The position numbers and the translations under genes were made by a program. Below the pieces are notes generated by a model. It did no database searches. It had not been told where the DNA came from and was given only the letters and a program-made list of their open reading frames with translations. DNA of 64,000 bases from an uncultured Gemmatimonadales bacterium (lineage in GTDB: Bacteria > Gemmatimonadota > Gemmatimonadetes > Gemmatimonadales > Gemmatimonadaceae), in NCBI GenBank assembly GCA_963850905.1, contig CAWKMU010000003.1:3520001-3584000 (forward strand). Direction: 5' to 3'. Below are positions 30,899-40,316 of the stretch, in pieces (position 1 is the stretch's first letter; each line of letters starts with the position of its first letter).

Positions 30899-32430
30899 AC
30901 GAAGTAATCCGACACCCGGATGCCGTAGCGATCAGGGTCTGCGGTCTTGATGATGGTCCGAACGAACGTGCCGCCGGGATTGGCTTCGGACAGGTCGACC
31001 AATGTTCCGGGGAACAGGATATTGCCCTGTGGGTCACTGACGACCCGGACGATCGGGCGCGACATCATTTCGGAGTTCGGGTTGACCGCGTGGACGATTC
31101 CCAGCTCGAACGTATCCAGGACGACGAGCGTGCCCACGGGGTAGAGGCCCAGCAAGTTGATGAACGCCTTGACGACGACGGGATCCATGCCGCGCCTCGG
31201 ATTGTCCCGCATCTCCTGCAGCACCGCGGCCGGAGTCAGCGGGTCCGTCTGGTACGATCGGCGCGTCGTCGCCGCATCGAAGCCGTCAGTGATCGCGACG
31301 ATCTTGCTGAAGATGCCCATGCGGCGGTCTCGGACCGGTTTCGGATAACCGGTCAAGTCCGTTTTCATATGGTGCTCGTAGGCGACCACCATCGCGCGGT
31401 AAGGCAGATCCTGCGCGCTGCGCACCTGGAAGAGGGATAGCACGCCGAGCCACGGGTGGTTCGCAATCGCTCGCCAATCCTCCTCGGACAACGCCGTCGA
31501 CTTGTTGAGAACATCGACGGGCACGCGGGCTTTGCCGATGTCGTGGAAGAGCGCGGCGAGTCCGAGGTCATATAACTGGAGCTTGCTCAGACCCAATCGC
31601 CGGCCCAGCGCGACCGCGAAAATGCACACGTTCACGCTGTGTGTGAACGTGTACTCGTCGTAGTCCCGCAGGGTGGTCAACCCGAACAGCGACGTTTCAT
31701 CGTTGAGGATCTGATCCACGATCGCCTGCACGACGCGCTTCAACTTCTTGACATTGGGCGCCCGTCCCATGCGAACGGAGTGCATGACTTCCTTGGACAC
31801 CGCGACGGACTGCGCATAGGTCCGCTTGGCCGCTTCCTTCGACTGTTGGCGATCGCCGATCTCGGCGCCCCCGGCCGGCGGTCCCAACTCGAGCGTGGTC
31901 ACGTTCGCGAGGGTCAGCTTGCCAGTCAACTGCTCGAATCGATCTTCGGGCTCGCCCTCGCCCGGCGCCTGGACGAGGGAGAGGAAGACGAGCCAGTCGC
32001 GCGGGGTGACCGTTTCGGCCACCCGGAGCGACCCGATGCCGCCGCTCCGGAACAGCGTCAGGAGGTGGCTGAAGCTGGCGTAGTTGTCCAGGTCGAGTCG
32101 TAGGCGCGTCGCATTGATGAAGATGAACTCGCCACTCGTCCGGAACTCGAGCTCCTGTTCTTCTGCGATGAGCGCGCGGGTCGCATGCGTCAGATCGTCG
32201 AGCGCCTTGACGACCGCCGCGTTCTCCAGGGGATACAGCTTGATTGCGCGCATGGCACCGTAAAACGCGACCATGAACCCTCGGCCGAGCCGCCGGACGA
32301 GCGCGTCGGACCCCGCCTCGTTTCGATGCGGGTTGGTATCGGGCTCGTGGTGCGTCGGCGCTGCATCGCCGACGGGTCCAGTGATCCCGGCACTCAGGCG
32401 ACCGGACGAGCGGCGAGGAGGTGCGGTCAT
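30895..32430 (-). CDS. HD-GYP domain phosphodiesterase with an unnamed N-terminal domain
   Basis: DEYTFTHSVNV, LFHDIGK, HPWLG, EHHMKTDLTGYP, IVAITDGFDAATTRRSY. Confidence 0.88.
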   Translation of the reverse strand: MTAPPRRSSGRLSAGITGPVGDAAPTHHEPDTNPHRNEAGSDALVRRLGRGFMVAFYGAMRAIKLYPLENAAVVKALDDLTHATRALIAEEQELEFRTSGEFIFINATRLRLDLDNYASFSHLLTLFRSGGIGSLRVAETVTPRDWLVFLSLVQAPGEGEPEDRFEQLTGKLTLANVTTLELGPPAGGAEIGDRQQSKEAAKRTYAQSVAVSKEVMHSVRMGRAPNVKKLKRVVQAIVDQILNDETSLFGLTTLRDYDEYTFTHSVNVCIFAVALGRRLGLSKLQLYDLGLAALFHDIGKARVPVDVLNKSTALSEEDWRAIANHPWLGVLSLFQVRSAQDLPYRAMVVAYEHHMKTDLTGYPKPVRDRRMGIFSKIVAITDGFDAATTRRSYQTDPLTPAAVLQEMRDNPRRGMDPVVVKAFINLLGLYPVGTLVVLDTFELGIVHAVNPNSEMMSRPIVRVVSDPQGNILFPGTLVDLSEANPGGTFVRTIIKTADPDRYGIRVSDYFV

Positions 32431-34176
32431 GCAGCCCCGCGCAGCGCTTTGTTCACGGCGTTCCGGACCACCACATCCTTCTCGTTGCGAGCGCGCCGCA
32501 GCGACTCCAGCGCGACCTCGGTCCCAATCCTGCCGAGCGCCATCGCCGCACACGCACGCGTCTCGCTTTCGTCCCGTTTACCGAGAAATCCGCGCGCATT
32601 GAGCACGCCGTCGAGCAGCGGCACGCCGGCTTCGCCACTCAGCACGCTGAAGGCTTCGAACACGGCCATCTTCTCGGTCAGGTCGGCCTCTCGAAGCGCT
32701 TTGGCCTTGACGGCCGCCTCGAAACGAGGGAGCGCGGGACGATACCCGTGCGCCGCCAGGGCGCGGGCCACCGCCACACGCACATCGCGGTCCGCGTCGT
32801 CGATCGCGCGCTCGATCCCTTGCATAGCGCCCGGAGACCCGATCTCGCCCAGCGATTGCACGACGGCCAGTCGCATCACGGCATCCGCGTCCCCGAGGCG
32901 ACGCATCAGCGCCGTCACGGCGGCCGGGCTTCGCACGGCGCCCGCGCGACGAACGGCTTCCAGCGCGACCTTGGGATTCGCGAGGCCAATGAGACGCACG
33001 AGCTCACTCGTGTTCGCGGCCGTGAGCCGCGTCGCGGCCCCCTGCAGCAGGTCGCGAACGCGAGGATCCTGGATACGAGGCAGCCAGGCAAAAACCGTCT
33101 CCATGGCTCGCGGCCGCAACTCCGCGAATAACGCGGTCAGGTCCTCGACGGGAGGCAGAGCAGTCGATTGCTCGAACGACTCCAGCAACTGGGATAAGGC
33201 GTCCGCCTGACTGAGTTGATCCGGAACCTTGTCGAGCCGGTCGCGCTGAGCCGGTGCCAGGTTGCCGGCTCGAGCGGTCGCGACCTTCGCCTCATTTAAC
33301 AGATACGCCACCGCGCGGAACTCGCGCGCGGTCAGAAAATGCACGATCAGCAGGTCCAGGACGCCGGCGATTTCATCGCGGATCTCCGCGTCCTCCTGAA
33401 TCTCGAAGATGTCGAGCAAGATCCCCATGACGTTCTGCCGGAGGTCACCGGCATACTCCGCCTCGACCTCCTGGCGCAGGTACGCGACTTCGCCCTCGTC
33501 GAGGAAGTAGAGGGTCGCATCGAAGTCGGCGAGATTCACGAGCCCGGGCCGTGATTCCAGCAGCTGCTCTTCCGGGCGGACCGGATCGTCCGCGCGAGGC
33601 GGCTCGATGCTGTGCGGCTCGTTCCGCGGTGTCAGTTCCCCGAGCCCAAGGCCGCCCTCGTCTGACAGCTCGACGTACTTGTAGCGCAGATGCAGGAGAT
33701 CGCGTTCCCACAGCATGACCAGGAGGTCGTCTTCATCTGGCGTTCTGCCGCCGGGCCCGCTGAATGATGTCCAGGAACCCGACGAGATCTTCCTCCTCGA
33801 AGCCCTTCTGGAAACGCAACTCTCGCACGCCGTCCTTGTAGAACAGCCACGGGAGACTATCGGCGGTTTTCCCCGGTTCCCTCACCACCGGGACTTGCTC
33901 CCACACAAATTCGGTCTCACTGACCTGCACCGAGAAGTCGTCCGTGTGCTCCCAGATAGGTGCGAACGATCCTCGCAACGCTTCGAGCGCCCGCACATAC
34001 GTCGGGTTGTTGTGCAAGTAGAGCTGATGTGCCCGCACGCCTTTCACGAAGACGCGGAGCATCTCCTCGATGGTCGAGCTGGGGAACGGTGTGGGCGGCG
34101 GCGTGTCCTCCTCCGCGGTTTGCTCCACGGAGAAGGCGGTGGAATGCCGCGGCTGAGCCGCTCCCGGAACAGTCAC
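32427..34176 (-). CDS. HEAT-repeat protein, frameshift near 33740
   Basis: C-terminal repeats such as [35 protein letters not shown] and [18 protein letters not shown] overlap with trpB and ATGA overlap with the HD-GYP gene. Confidence 0.85.
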
Positions 34177-35357
34177 GACCGACCGACTCCGAGCGCGCTG
34201 ACTTGCGCCACGTCCTTGTCCCCGCGCCCGCTGACACAGAGGACGATCGGATCGTCGGTCTTCCACCGGCCCGCTTGACTGACCAGCCACGCCACGGCGT
34301 GCGCCGTCTCGAGCGCGGGAATGATGCCCTCGGCCCGGCTCATCACCTCGAAACCATGCAGTGCCTCGACGTCCGTCACCGCGACGTAGGTCGCGCGGCC
34401 ACTGTCCTTGAGAAAGGCGTGCTCGGGACCAACCCCGGGATAGTCCAGGCCAGCCGAAACCGAGTGGGCGGGATGCACCTGACCGTGCGCGTCCTGCAGC
34501 AGATAGCTGAGTGCCCCGTGGAGCACGCCAGGTGTACCACGACTCAGCGATGCGGCGTGCCGTCCGGTCGCCAGTCCCTCACCGGCCGCCTCCACCCCGA
34601 TCAGCTCCACCTCGGCGTCGTCGACAAATCCCGAGAAGATGCCCATGGCATTCGAGCCGCCGCCCACACATGCGACGACGGTCCGCGGCAGACGACCCGT
34701 CCGCTCCAGGACTTGTTCGCGCGCCTCGCGCCCGATGATGGATTGGAATTCACGCACCATACGAGGGTACGGGGCGGGCCCCACGACCGACCCAATGATG
34801 TAGTGGCTGTCGGTGACGTTGGTGACCCAGTCGCGAATCGCCTCCGTAGTGGCGTCTTTGAGCGTGCGCGTACCGCTTTCGACTGGAACGACCGTCGCCC
34901 CCATCAGCCGCATGCGATAAACGTTCAACTCCTGGCGCCGCATATCCTCCGCGCCCATGTACACGACGCATTCCAGCCCGAAACGGGCACAAATGGTAGC
35001 GGTCGCGACGCCGTGCTGTCCCGCCCCGGTTTCGGCGATGATGCGGCGCTTCCCCATCCGCCGGGCGAGAAGCGCCTGGCCCACGGTGTTGTTGATCTTG
35101 TGGGCGCCGGTGTGGTTGAGGTCCTCCCGCTTGAGGAAAATCGGGGCGCCCACCATGGCCGAGAGACGCGGTGCATCACTGAGCGGCGACGGGCGCCCGA
35201 CGTAGTTTCGGAGGAGTTCAGCCAACTCGGCCGTGAATCCCGGGTCGGCAAGGGCGGTTTGGAAGGCCTCGGTCAGGGCCTCGAGCGCCGGGATGAGGGT
35301 TTCGGGGACATAGCGGCCGCCAAATAATCCAAAGCGGTCGGGAATGGCGAGTGTCAT
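34173..35357 (-). CDS. trpB: Tryptophan synthase beta subunit
   Basis: [51 protein letters not shown]. Confidence 0.98.
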   Translation of the reverse strand: MTLAIPDRFGLFGGRYVPETLIPALEALTEAFQTALADPGFTAELAELLRNYVGRPSPLSDAPRLSAMVGAPIFLKREDLNHTGAHKINNTVGQALLARRMGKRRIIAETGAGQHGVATATICARFGLECVVYMGAEDMRRQELNVYRMRLMGATVVPVESGTRTLKDATTEAIRDWVTNVTDSHYIIGSVVGPAPYPRMVREFQSIIGREAREQVLERTGRLPRTVVACVGGGSNAMGIFSGFVDDAEVELIGVEAAGEGLATGRHAASLSRGTPGVLHGALSYLLQDAHGQVHPAHSVSAGLDYPGVGPEHAFLKDSGRATYVAVTDVEALHGFEVMSRAEGIIPALETAHAVAWLVSQAGRWKTDDPIVLCVSGRGDKDVAQVSALGVGRS

Positions 35358-36056
35358 TCAGATGCTCCTAGAGGGTTCGGGGCCAAGCCCGATGGCTCGG
35401 TCGGCCGCCTTGACGGCTTCGATGAAGGCCTGCATGCGCGCGAGATCTTTGATGCCGGTGGCTGACTCGACGCCCGACGAGGTGTCCACGACATCCGGCC
35501 GAAGTGCGTCGATCGCCTCGCCGACGTTGTCCGCTGTCAACCCGCCCGCCAGCACGAGACGCCCCCGGCGGGTCGCCCCGGTTCGGCCGGCCCGCACTGC
35601 ATCGCTCAGCGCCCCCCAAGGCAACGCGACGCCGGTGCCTCCCAGCCGACCGTCGACATGGGCATCCAGGAGAATTCCATCGGCGACATCCCAGAGCGAC
35701 GGGATCACGTCAGGCAACTCAATCCCCCGACAGCGGACAACCGCCCAGATCGGCCGATCACAGGTGTGGCGGACCGCGATGATGTCCGCGGGCGTCGGGT
35801 CGCCGTGCAACTGGATCACATCGAGTCCCACCTTCTCGATCGCCGTCGCCAGCACGGCCGCGTCGGCTGTCGCGAACACACCAACCCGCCGCGGCCTCCG
35901 CTCCCTCCGGAGTTCGGCGAAGACGTTCGCGGCGGTGTCTGGCGTCTGGTGACGCGGCCCCCCGGCGAAGATGCATCCCACGTAGCCGACCCCGAGCGAC
36001 GCCGCCAATGCGGCATCAGCGGCGCGGGTCATCCCGCAGAACTTGATGTCCGTCAC
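35358..36056 (-). CDS. trpF: Phosphoribosylanthranilate isomerase
   Basis: IKFCGMT, QLHGD, LLDA..GGTG, LAGGL..NV, DTSSGVE. Confidence 0.95.
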   Translation of the reverse strand: MTDIKFCGMTRAADAALAASLGVGYVGCIFAGGPRHQTPDTAANVFAELRRERRPRRVGVFATADAAVLATAIEKVGLDVIQLHGDPTPADIIAVRHTCDRPIWAVVRCRGIELPDVIPSLWDVADGILLDAHVDGRLGGTGVALPWGALSDAVRAGRTGATRRGRLVLAGGLTADNVGEAIDALRPDVVDTSSGVESATGIKDLARMQAFIEAVKAADRAIGLGPEPSRSI

Positions 36057-36057
36057 C

Positions 36058-36885
36058 CTAGCGCCGCCGCTGGGTGGGGCAGCGAGGGACGGTGGAGAGC
36101 GCACGCACTGACGCCGCGGCGTCGAGCGCTGCCGAGAGCGCAGTACCAACGAGCACCGCATCTGCCCCTACCTCAGCGACGGCTTCGACGTCGGCTCGGT
36201 CCGCAACCCCGCTCTCCGCCACGGCAATGACGTCGACCGGCAGCATCGGAATGAGGCGGCGAGCCACCGTGGGGTCGACGTGCAGCGATTCCAGATCCCG
36301 ATTGTTCACGCCCACGACGCGCGCACCGGCCGCCAGCGCGACCTCCACTTCTCCCTCCGTGTGCACCTCAACGAGCAACTCGAGTCCCACATCGTGTCCT
36401 GCACGTACGAGCTCGCTGAGCCGGATCGGATCCACCGCCCGCACGATGATGAGCCCGGCGGACGCACCGAACGCTCGAGTTTCGAGGAGCTGCAAGGGGT
36501 CGATCAAGAAGTCTTTTCGAAGTACCGGCAAGGTGACGTGCGCCCGAACGGCCGACAGATCCTCGAGCCGTCCGGCGAATCGGTCGGGTTCCGTGAGTAC
36601 CGAGATCGCGGCGGCGCCGCCCGTCGCGTAATCACGAGCCCGACCGGCGGCATTGAGTCCCGGACTGATGTCCCCCCGCGACGGCGATCGGCGCTTGATC
36701 TCCGCGATGACGGCGACGTGGTCGCGACGCAGCGCGCTCGCGAACCCCGGTGGCTCAGGCGCGCGGCGCGCAGCCTGCGCGATCGTCTCCCGGCTCGCTT
36801 GCAGGCGGTCCGCGCGGACGCGCGCGGCTGTGACGAGCTCTCCCAGAGTCCCTGAAGGCGGCGTCCAGCGTGCAGCTACTTGCAC
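36058..36885 (-). CDS. trpC: Indole-3-glycerol phosphate synthase
   Basis: IAEIKRRSPSRG, ISVLTE, LRKDF, LVEVH, GVNNRDL, AESG, LVGTAL. Confidence 0.96.
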   Translation of the reverse strand: MQVAARWTPPSGTLGELVTAARVRADRLQASRETIAQAARRAPEPPGFASALRRDHVAVIAEIKRRSPSRGDISPGLNAAGRARDYATGGAAAISVLTEPDRFAGRLEDLSAVRAHVTLPVLRKDFLIDPLQLLETRAFGASAGLIIVRAVDPIRLSELVRAGHDVGLELLVEVHTEGEVEVALAAGARVVGVNNRDLESLHVDPTVARRLIPMLPVDVIAVAESGVADRADVEAVAEVGADAVLVGTALSAALDAAASVRALSTVPRCPTQRRR

Positions 36886-36929
36886 TTCGGGTATTGTTCG
36901 GCTAACGTGGGGTTTCGGAAGCTGTTCGG
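36885..36929. promoter_or_regulatory. Candidate tandem LexA operators (direct repeat YTTC-N7-GTTC, two copies)
   Basis: CTTCGGGTATTGTTCGG (36885-36901) and TTTCGGAAGCTGTTCGG (36913-36929); TTCGG half-sites 11 bp apart; upstream of lexA. Confidence 0.6.
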
Positions 36930-36968
36930 GACGGTCGACCAACCAAGGATCGGGTACCGAGGTCAGCT

Positions 36969-37577
36969 ATGTCACTCACGAAGCGGCAACGAGAAATCCT
37001 CAGTTATCTCGGCTCGTACACGGAGGCGAACGGCTACGCACCGAGCTTCGAGGAGATCGCCGCGCAGTTCAACTATAACTCGCTGGCAACAGTGCACGAG
37101 CACCTGACCAATCTCGAGCGCAAGGGCTACATCCGCCGGAGTTACAACGAGAGCCGCGCCATCGAGATCCTGCCATCGGATGTGTATCCTCGCGCCGTCG
37201 AGCTGCCGCTCTTGGGCACCGTTGCCGCCGGCGCGCCGATCGAGGCGGTCGAGTCATCGGAAGGGATCGCGGTGCCCGAGGGGTTCGTGCGGCGCGGCGG
37301 TGGGCACTATGTGCTGAGAGTGCGCGGCAATTCGATGATCGACGAGCAGATCCGGGACGGCGACTTCGTCGTCGTGCACGAGCGCAAGAACGCCGACAAC
37401 GGCGAAATGGTCATCGCGCTGCTCAACGGCAGCGGCGCCACGGTCAAGAAGCTCTACCGCGAACGCGATGGGCGCATTCGTCTGCAGCCGGCCAACGAGG
37501 CGCTCCAGCCCATGTACGTGCACGAGCGCGACGTCGCCATCCAGGGGATCGTAGTCGGCGTGCTTCGCCGCTACTAA
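36969..37577 (+). CDS. lexA: SOS repressor LexA
   Basis: LTKRQREIL..GYAPSFEEIA..LERKGYI; Ala-Gly cleavage site VAAGAP; catalytic Ser (GNSM) and Lys (TVKK). Confidence 0.97.
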   Translation: MSLTKRQREILSYLGSYTEANGYAPSFEEIAAQFNYNSLATVHEHLTNLERKGYIRRSYNESRAIEILPSDVYPRAVELPLLGTVAAGAPIEAVESSEGIAVPEGFVRRGGGHYVLRVRGNSMIDEQIRDGDFVVVHERKNADNGEMVIALLNGSGATVKKLYRERDGRIRLQPANEALQPMYVHERDVAIQGIVVGVLRRY

Positions 37578-38689
37578 CGCGCGCTAAGGCGCGCGTAGGC
37601 GTGCCGCATCCGCTGTAGCGCGGCGAGACCGGCGCCGCTGTCGAGCGCTTCGACCGCGACCCGTAGCCCGTCCTCGTACGTCGCGGCACGCCCGGCGACA
37701 TACACCGCGGCCGCCGCGTTGAGAACCACCGCATTGCGCGCGCCACGCGAGCCACGGCCCGACAGCACATCGACGAGCAACGCCGCGTTCGCACGCGGCT
37801 CATCGCTGCGCAACTCGTCACGCGTCGCTTCGCCGAGGCCGAGTGACGCTGGATCGAGCGTCCAGCGTTGCTCCTCTGCCCCGCGGACTTCCACCACGTG
37901 CGTCGGCCCGAGCGGCGAGATCTCGTCCAGCCCGGGTTCGCCGTGCACGACGAGCGCGTGGCGTACACCCAGTGCCGCAAGGGCCGCCGCGACGAGCGCG
38001 AGCCGTTGGCGGTCCGCGACACCAATGACCTGACGCTGCGCGCCGGCGGGATTCGCGAGCGGACCGACGAGGTTCATGAGTGTCGGCACTCCCAGCTCAC
38101 GTCGGACCGCAGCCACATGTCGCATCGCCGGATGCATGAACGGCGCAAACATGAAGACGATGCCGGCGTCGACGAGGACCTCGCGCAGCACTTCGACCGG
38201 CGCCTCGAGAGGCACGCCGAGGGCTTCCAGTACATCGGCACTGCCGCAGCGCGACGTGTGGGAACGATTGCCGTGCTTCGCGATGCGCACGCCTGCGCCC
38301 GCAGCGACGAAGGCAGCGATCGTCGAGATGTTGAACGTCGTGATCGCGCCACCACCGGTCCCACAGGTGTCGACAAGATCCCCCGGGCCCTCTGCCCCGA
38401 GCGGCACCATCGCTCGGCGCAGCGCACGCGCCACCCCGGCCAACTCTGCCGGTGTCTCCCCCCTCGCGCGAAGCCCGAGCAGCAACCCGCCGATTTGCGC
38501 GGTCGTCGCTTCGCCGGCCATGACCGCCCCAAAGGCGTCAGCGACGACCCCTTCGCTCAGCGTTCCACCCTCCGCCACCGTCCGAAGTGCAGCGCGGAGA
38601 GCGGCCGCTGAGGCCGTGCGAGCGGACGGTTCAGCGTGTGACGTGGTGCCCACGGCTGGTGACGGCGGAGAGGCTACCTCACGCAACAT
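37574..38689 (-). CDS. trpD: Anthranilate phosphoribosyltransferase
   Basis: DTCGTGG..FNIST, AKHGNRS..GSADVLEALG, HPAMRHV, GLDEIS. Confidence 0.96.
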   Translation of the reverse strand: MLREVASPPSPAVGTTSHAEPSARTASAAALRAALRTVAEGGTLSEGVVADAFGAVMAGEATTAQIGGLLLGLRARGETPAELAGVARALRRAMVPLGAEGPGDLVDTCGTGGGAITTFNISTIAAFVAAGAGVRIAKHGNRSHTSRCGSADVLEALGVPLEAPVEVLREVLVDAGIVFMFAPFMHPAMRHVAAVRRELGVPTLMNLVGPLANPAGAQRQVIGVADRQRLALVAAALAALGVRHALVVHGEPGLDEISPLGPTHVVEVRGAEEQRWTLDPASLGLGEATRDELRSDEPRANAALLVDVLSGRGSRGARNAVVLNAAAAVYVAGRAATYEDGLRVAVEALDSGAGLAALQRMRHAYARLSAR

Positions 38690-39995
38690 GCATGTGCAGC
38701 ATCAGTCGGTCAGCGAGGCGCGCGTGCGAGACGACCAACGCGATGACCAGACCAAGCAGCCTGACGCGCTCCACATCCTCTTCCACGAAGACTCCTCGCT
38801 GTGCGCGATTCGTGAGGTTCACGACACCAACCAGCTCGTTGTGATATACCAGCGGGAAACTGATGAACGAGCCCGTCGTGAAGTATTGGTCTTGAAGGAG
38901 CGGATGACTCTGGGCTTCGGCGACATCCTGCACCAGCAACGGCTGCCGGCTTGCCGCTACACGGCCCGCAACACCTTCACCAATCGCAATGCGAGAACCC
39001 TGAACAATGTTGGGGGCAAGCCCACGCGCCGCGGCAAGGTAGAGGTATCCCGGCTCCGGTGCCCGCAACATAAGCGAACAACGCTGCGCCTGCATGTCGT
39101 CGCCGACGAGTGCGAGCAGACCGTCGACCAGTTGCCGCGGACTGGTCGCTCGATTGTCGACTGTCAGGACCTTGTCGATCAGATACAGCGTGCGCGTTTT
39201 CTGGCGAAGCGTCTCGCTCCGGCGGTGCAGCTCGACGTGAGATTGCTGCAATTGACCGACGGCCGCGGTCACCTGCTGCTCGACCGCTTCAGCCCGATGC
39301 ATGGCTCGACGCGCGTCCTCGGCGGCGCGCGCTGCCTCGCGCTCGAGGGCCACGATTCTGGCGGCGTCCGGGGCCGGTGCATCGCGGCCCGGGCTCGGCG
39401 CCGGGCCGCGCGCACGCAACTGCTGCTCGAGCGCCGCCAGCTTCTTCACATACTCGCCGTGCACCCGTTGTGTGACGTCCTCCAGTGTCTTCACCGCCTC
39501 GTCGCGTGCCTCACGCTCGGCAAATCGAGCGAAGCCGAGCTCGAACAGCGCGACAGCGGCGGCAAAGCGCTCCGAGGATCGGCTGCCGAAGATCTTTTTT
39601 GGCTCGTAGAGCGCGATGATCGCGGCCAGATACCCGTCGAACCGCAACCCGCGCAACGCGAGCTGCCCGTCCGGGACCGTGGGCAACCCGAACAGCCGCC
39701 CGTATTCGTCAGATTGCTCGGCGAGATCGACAAACCGCCCGCCGTGCGTCACCGCTTGCCGAATGGGACCGGGCAAATGGTCGAATGTGGTCTCGATCTG
39801 CGTGCGGGTCACGCGACCGCCTGCCGGCGTGAGGCGGTCGACCAGCATCTGACGGCGCCCGTCGTACCGCAGGAGTGCCAGGTGCGCGGATCGGTCGACT
39901 TCCGCGAGGCCTTCACCGAGCGCAACGAGCGCAATTTCGAGCGAAGGCGCAGCCGCCAGGGCGTGCGCCAGGGAGCCGAGAGTCCGAGGAGGCAT
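38679..39995 (-). CDS. GAF-domain protein (GAF-like + coiled coil + GAF, no output domain)
   Basis: C-terminal GAF GEGVAGRVAASRQPLLVQDV..SFISFPLVYHNELVGVVNL; central heptad-rich helix. Confidence 0.8.
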   Translation of the reverse strand: MPPRTLGSLAHALAAAPSLEIALVALGEGLAEVDRSAHLALLRYDGRRQMLVDRLTPAGGRVTRTQIETTFDHLPGPIRQAVTHGGRFVDLAEQSDEYGRLFGLPTVPDGQLALRGLRFDGYLAAIIALYEPKKIFGSRSSERFAAAVALFELGFARFAEREARDEAVKTLEDVTQRVHGEYVKKLAALEQQLRARGPAPSPGRDAPAPDAARIVALEREAARAAEDARRAMHRAEAVEQQVTAAVGQLQQSHVELHRRSETLRQKTRTLYLIDKVLTVDNRATSPRQLVDGLLALVGDDMQAQRCSLMLRAPEPGYLYLAAARGLAPNIVQGSRIAIGEGVAGRVAASRQPLLVQDVAEAQSHPLLQDQYFTTGSFISFPLVYHNELVGVVNLTNRAQRGVFVEEDVERVRLLGLVIALVVSHARLADRLMLHMHVA

Positions 39996-40201
39996 ACTAG
40001 GCTATCCGGCGCGCGCGACGCGTCGGCAATGCTCGAAAGAGGCCAAGAGGCTGCACCGGTCCGTAGTGTCTAAGACGAGACTGTGCCGGACTCGTGACGG
40101 CGGCAATCCCGAAGGCCGCTCATCCGCCCGCGCCTCGTGCCAAGGCCGCCGGGCCGCGACAGTCCGCGCGGGCGGCGCACAGTTCAGCTGGCGGCGGATA
40201 C

Positions 40202-40226
40202 GGGCGACGCAAGCGTCGCCCACGAC
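40202..40226. repeat. Degenerate REP palindrome
   Basis: GGGCGACGC-AA-GCGTCGCCC followed by ACGAC (minus strand GTCGT in place of GTAGG). Confidence 0.5.
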
Positions 40227-40281
40227 GCGTACCTTGCGAAACCACAAGGAGTTCCGAATGGCGGACTGCAGGGTAGAATTC

Positions 40282-40309
40282 TTGACACCTCCCCCTCGAC
40301 CGATAACTT
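40282..40309 (+). promoter_or_regulatory. Sigma70 promoter for truA (possibly leaderless)
   Basis: TTGACA-16 nt-TAACTT, 7 nt before ATG 40317, no SD sequence. Confidence 0.6.
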
Positions 40310-40316
40310 CACGACA

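Noticed and set aside
38076..40073. 665-aa plus-strand ORF
   Set aside because: Antisense to trpD and the GAF gene; no domain signal.
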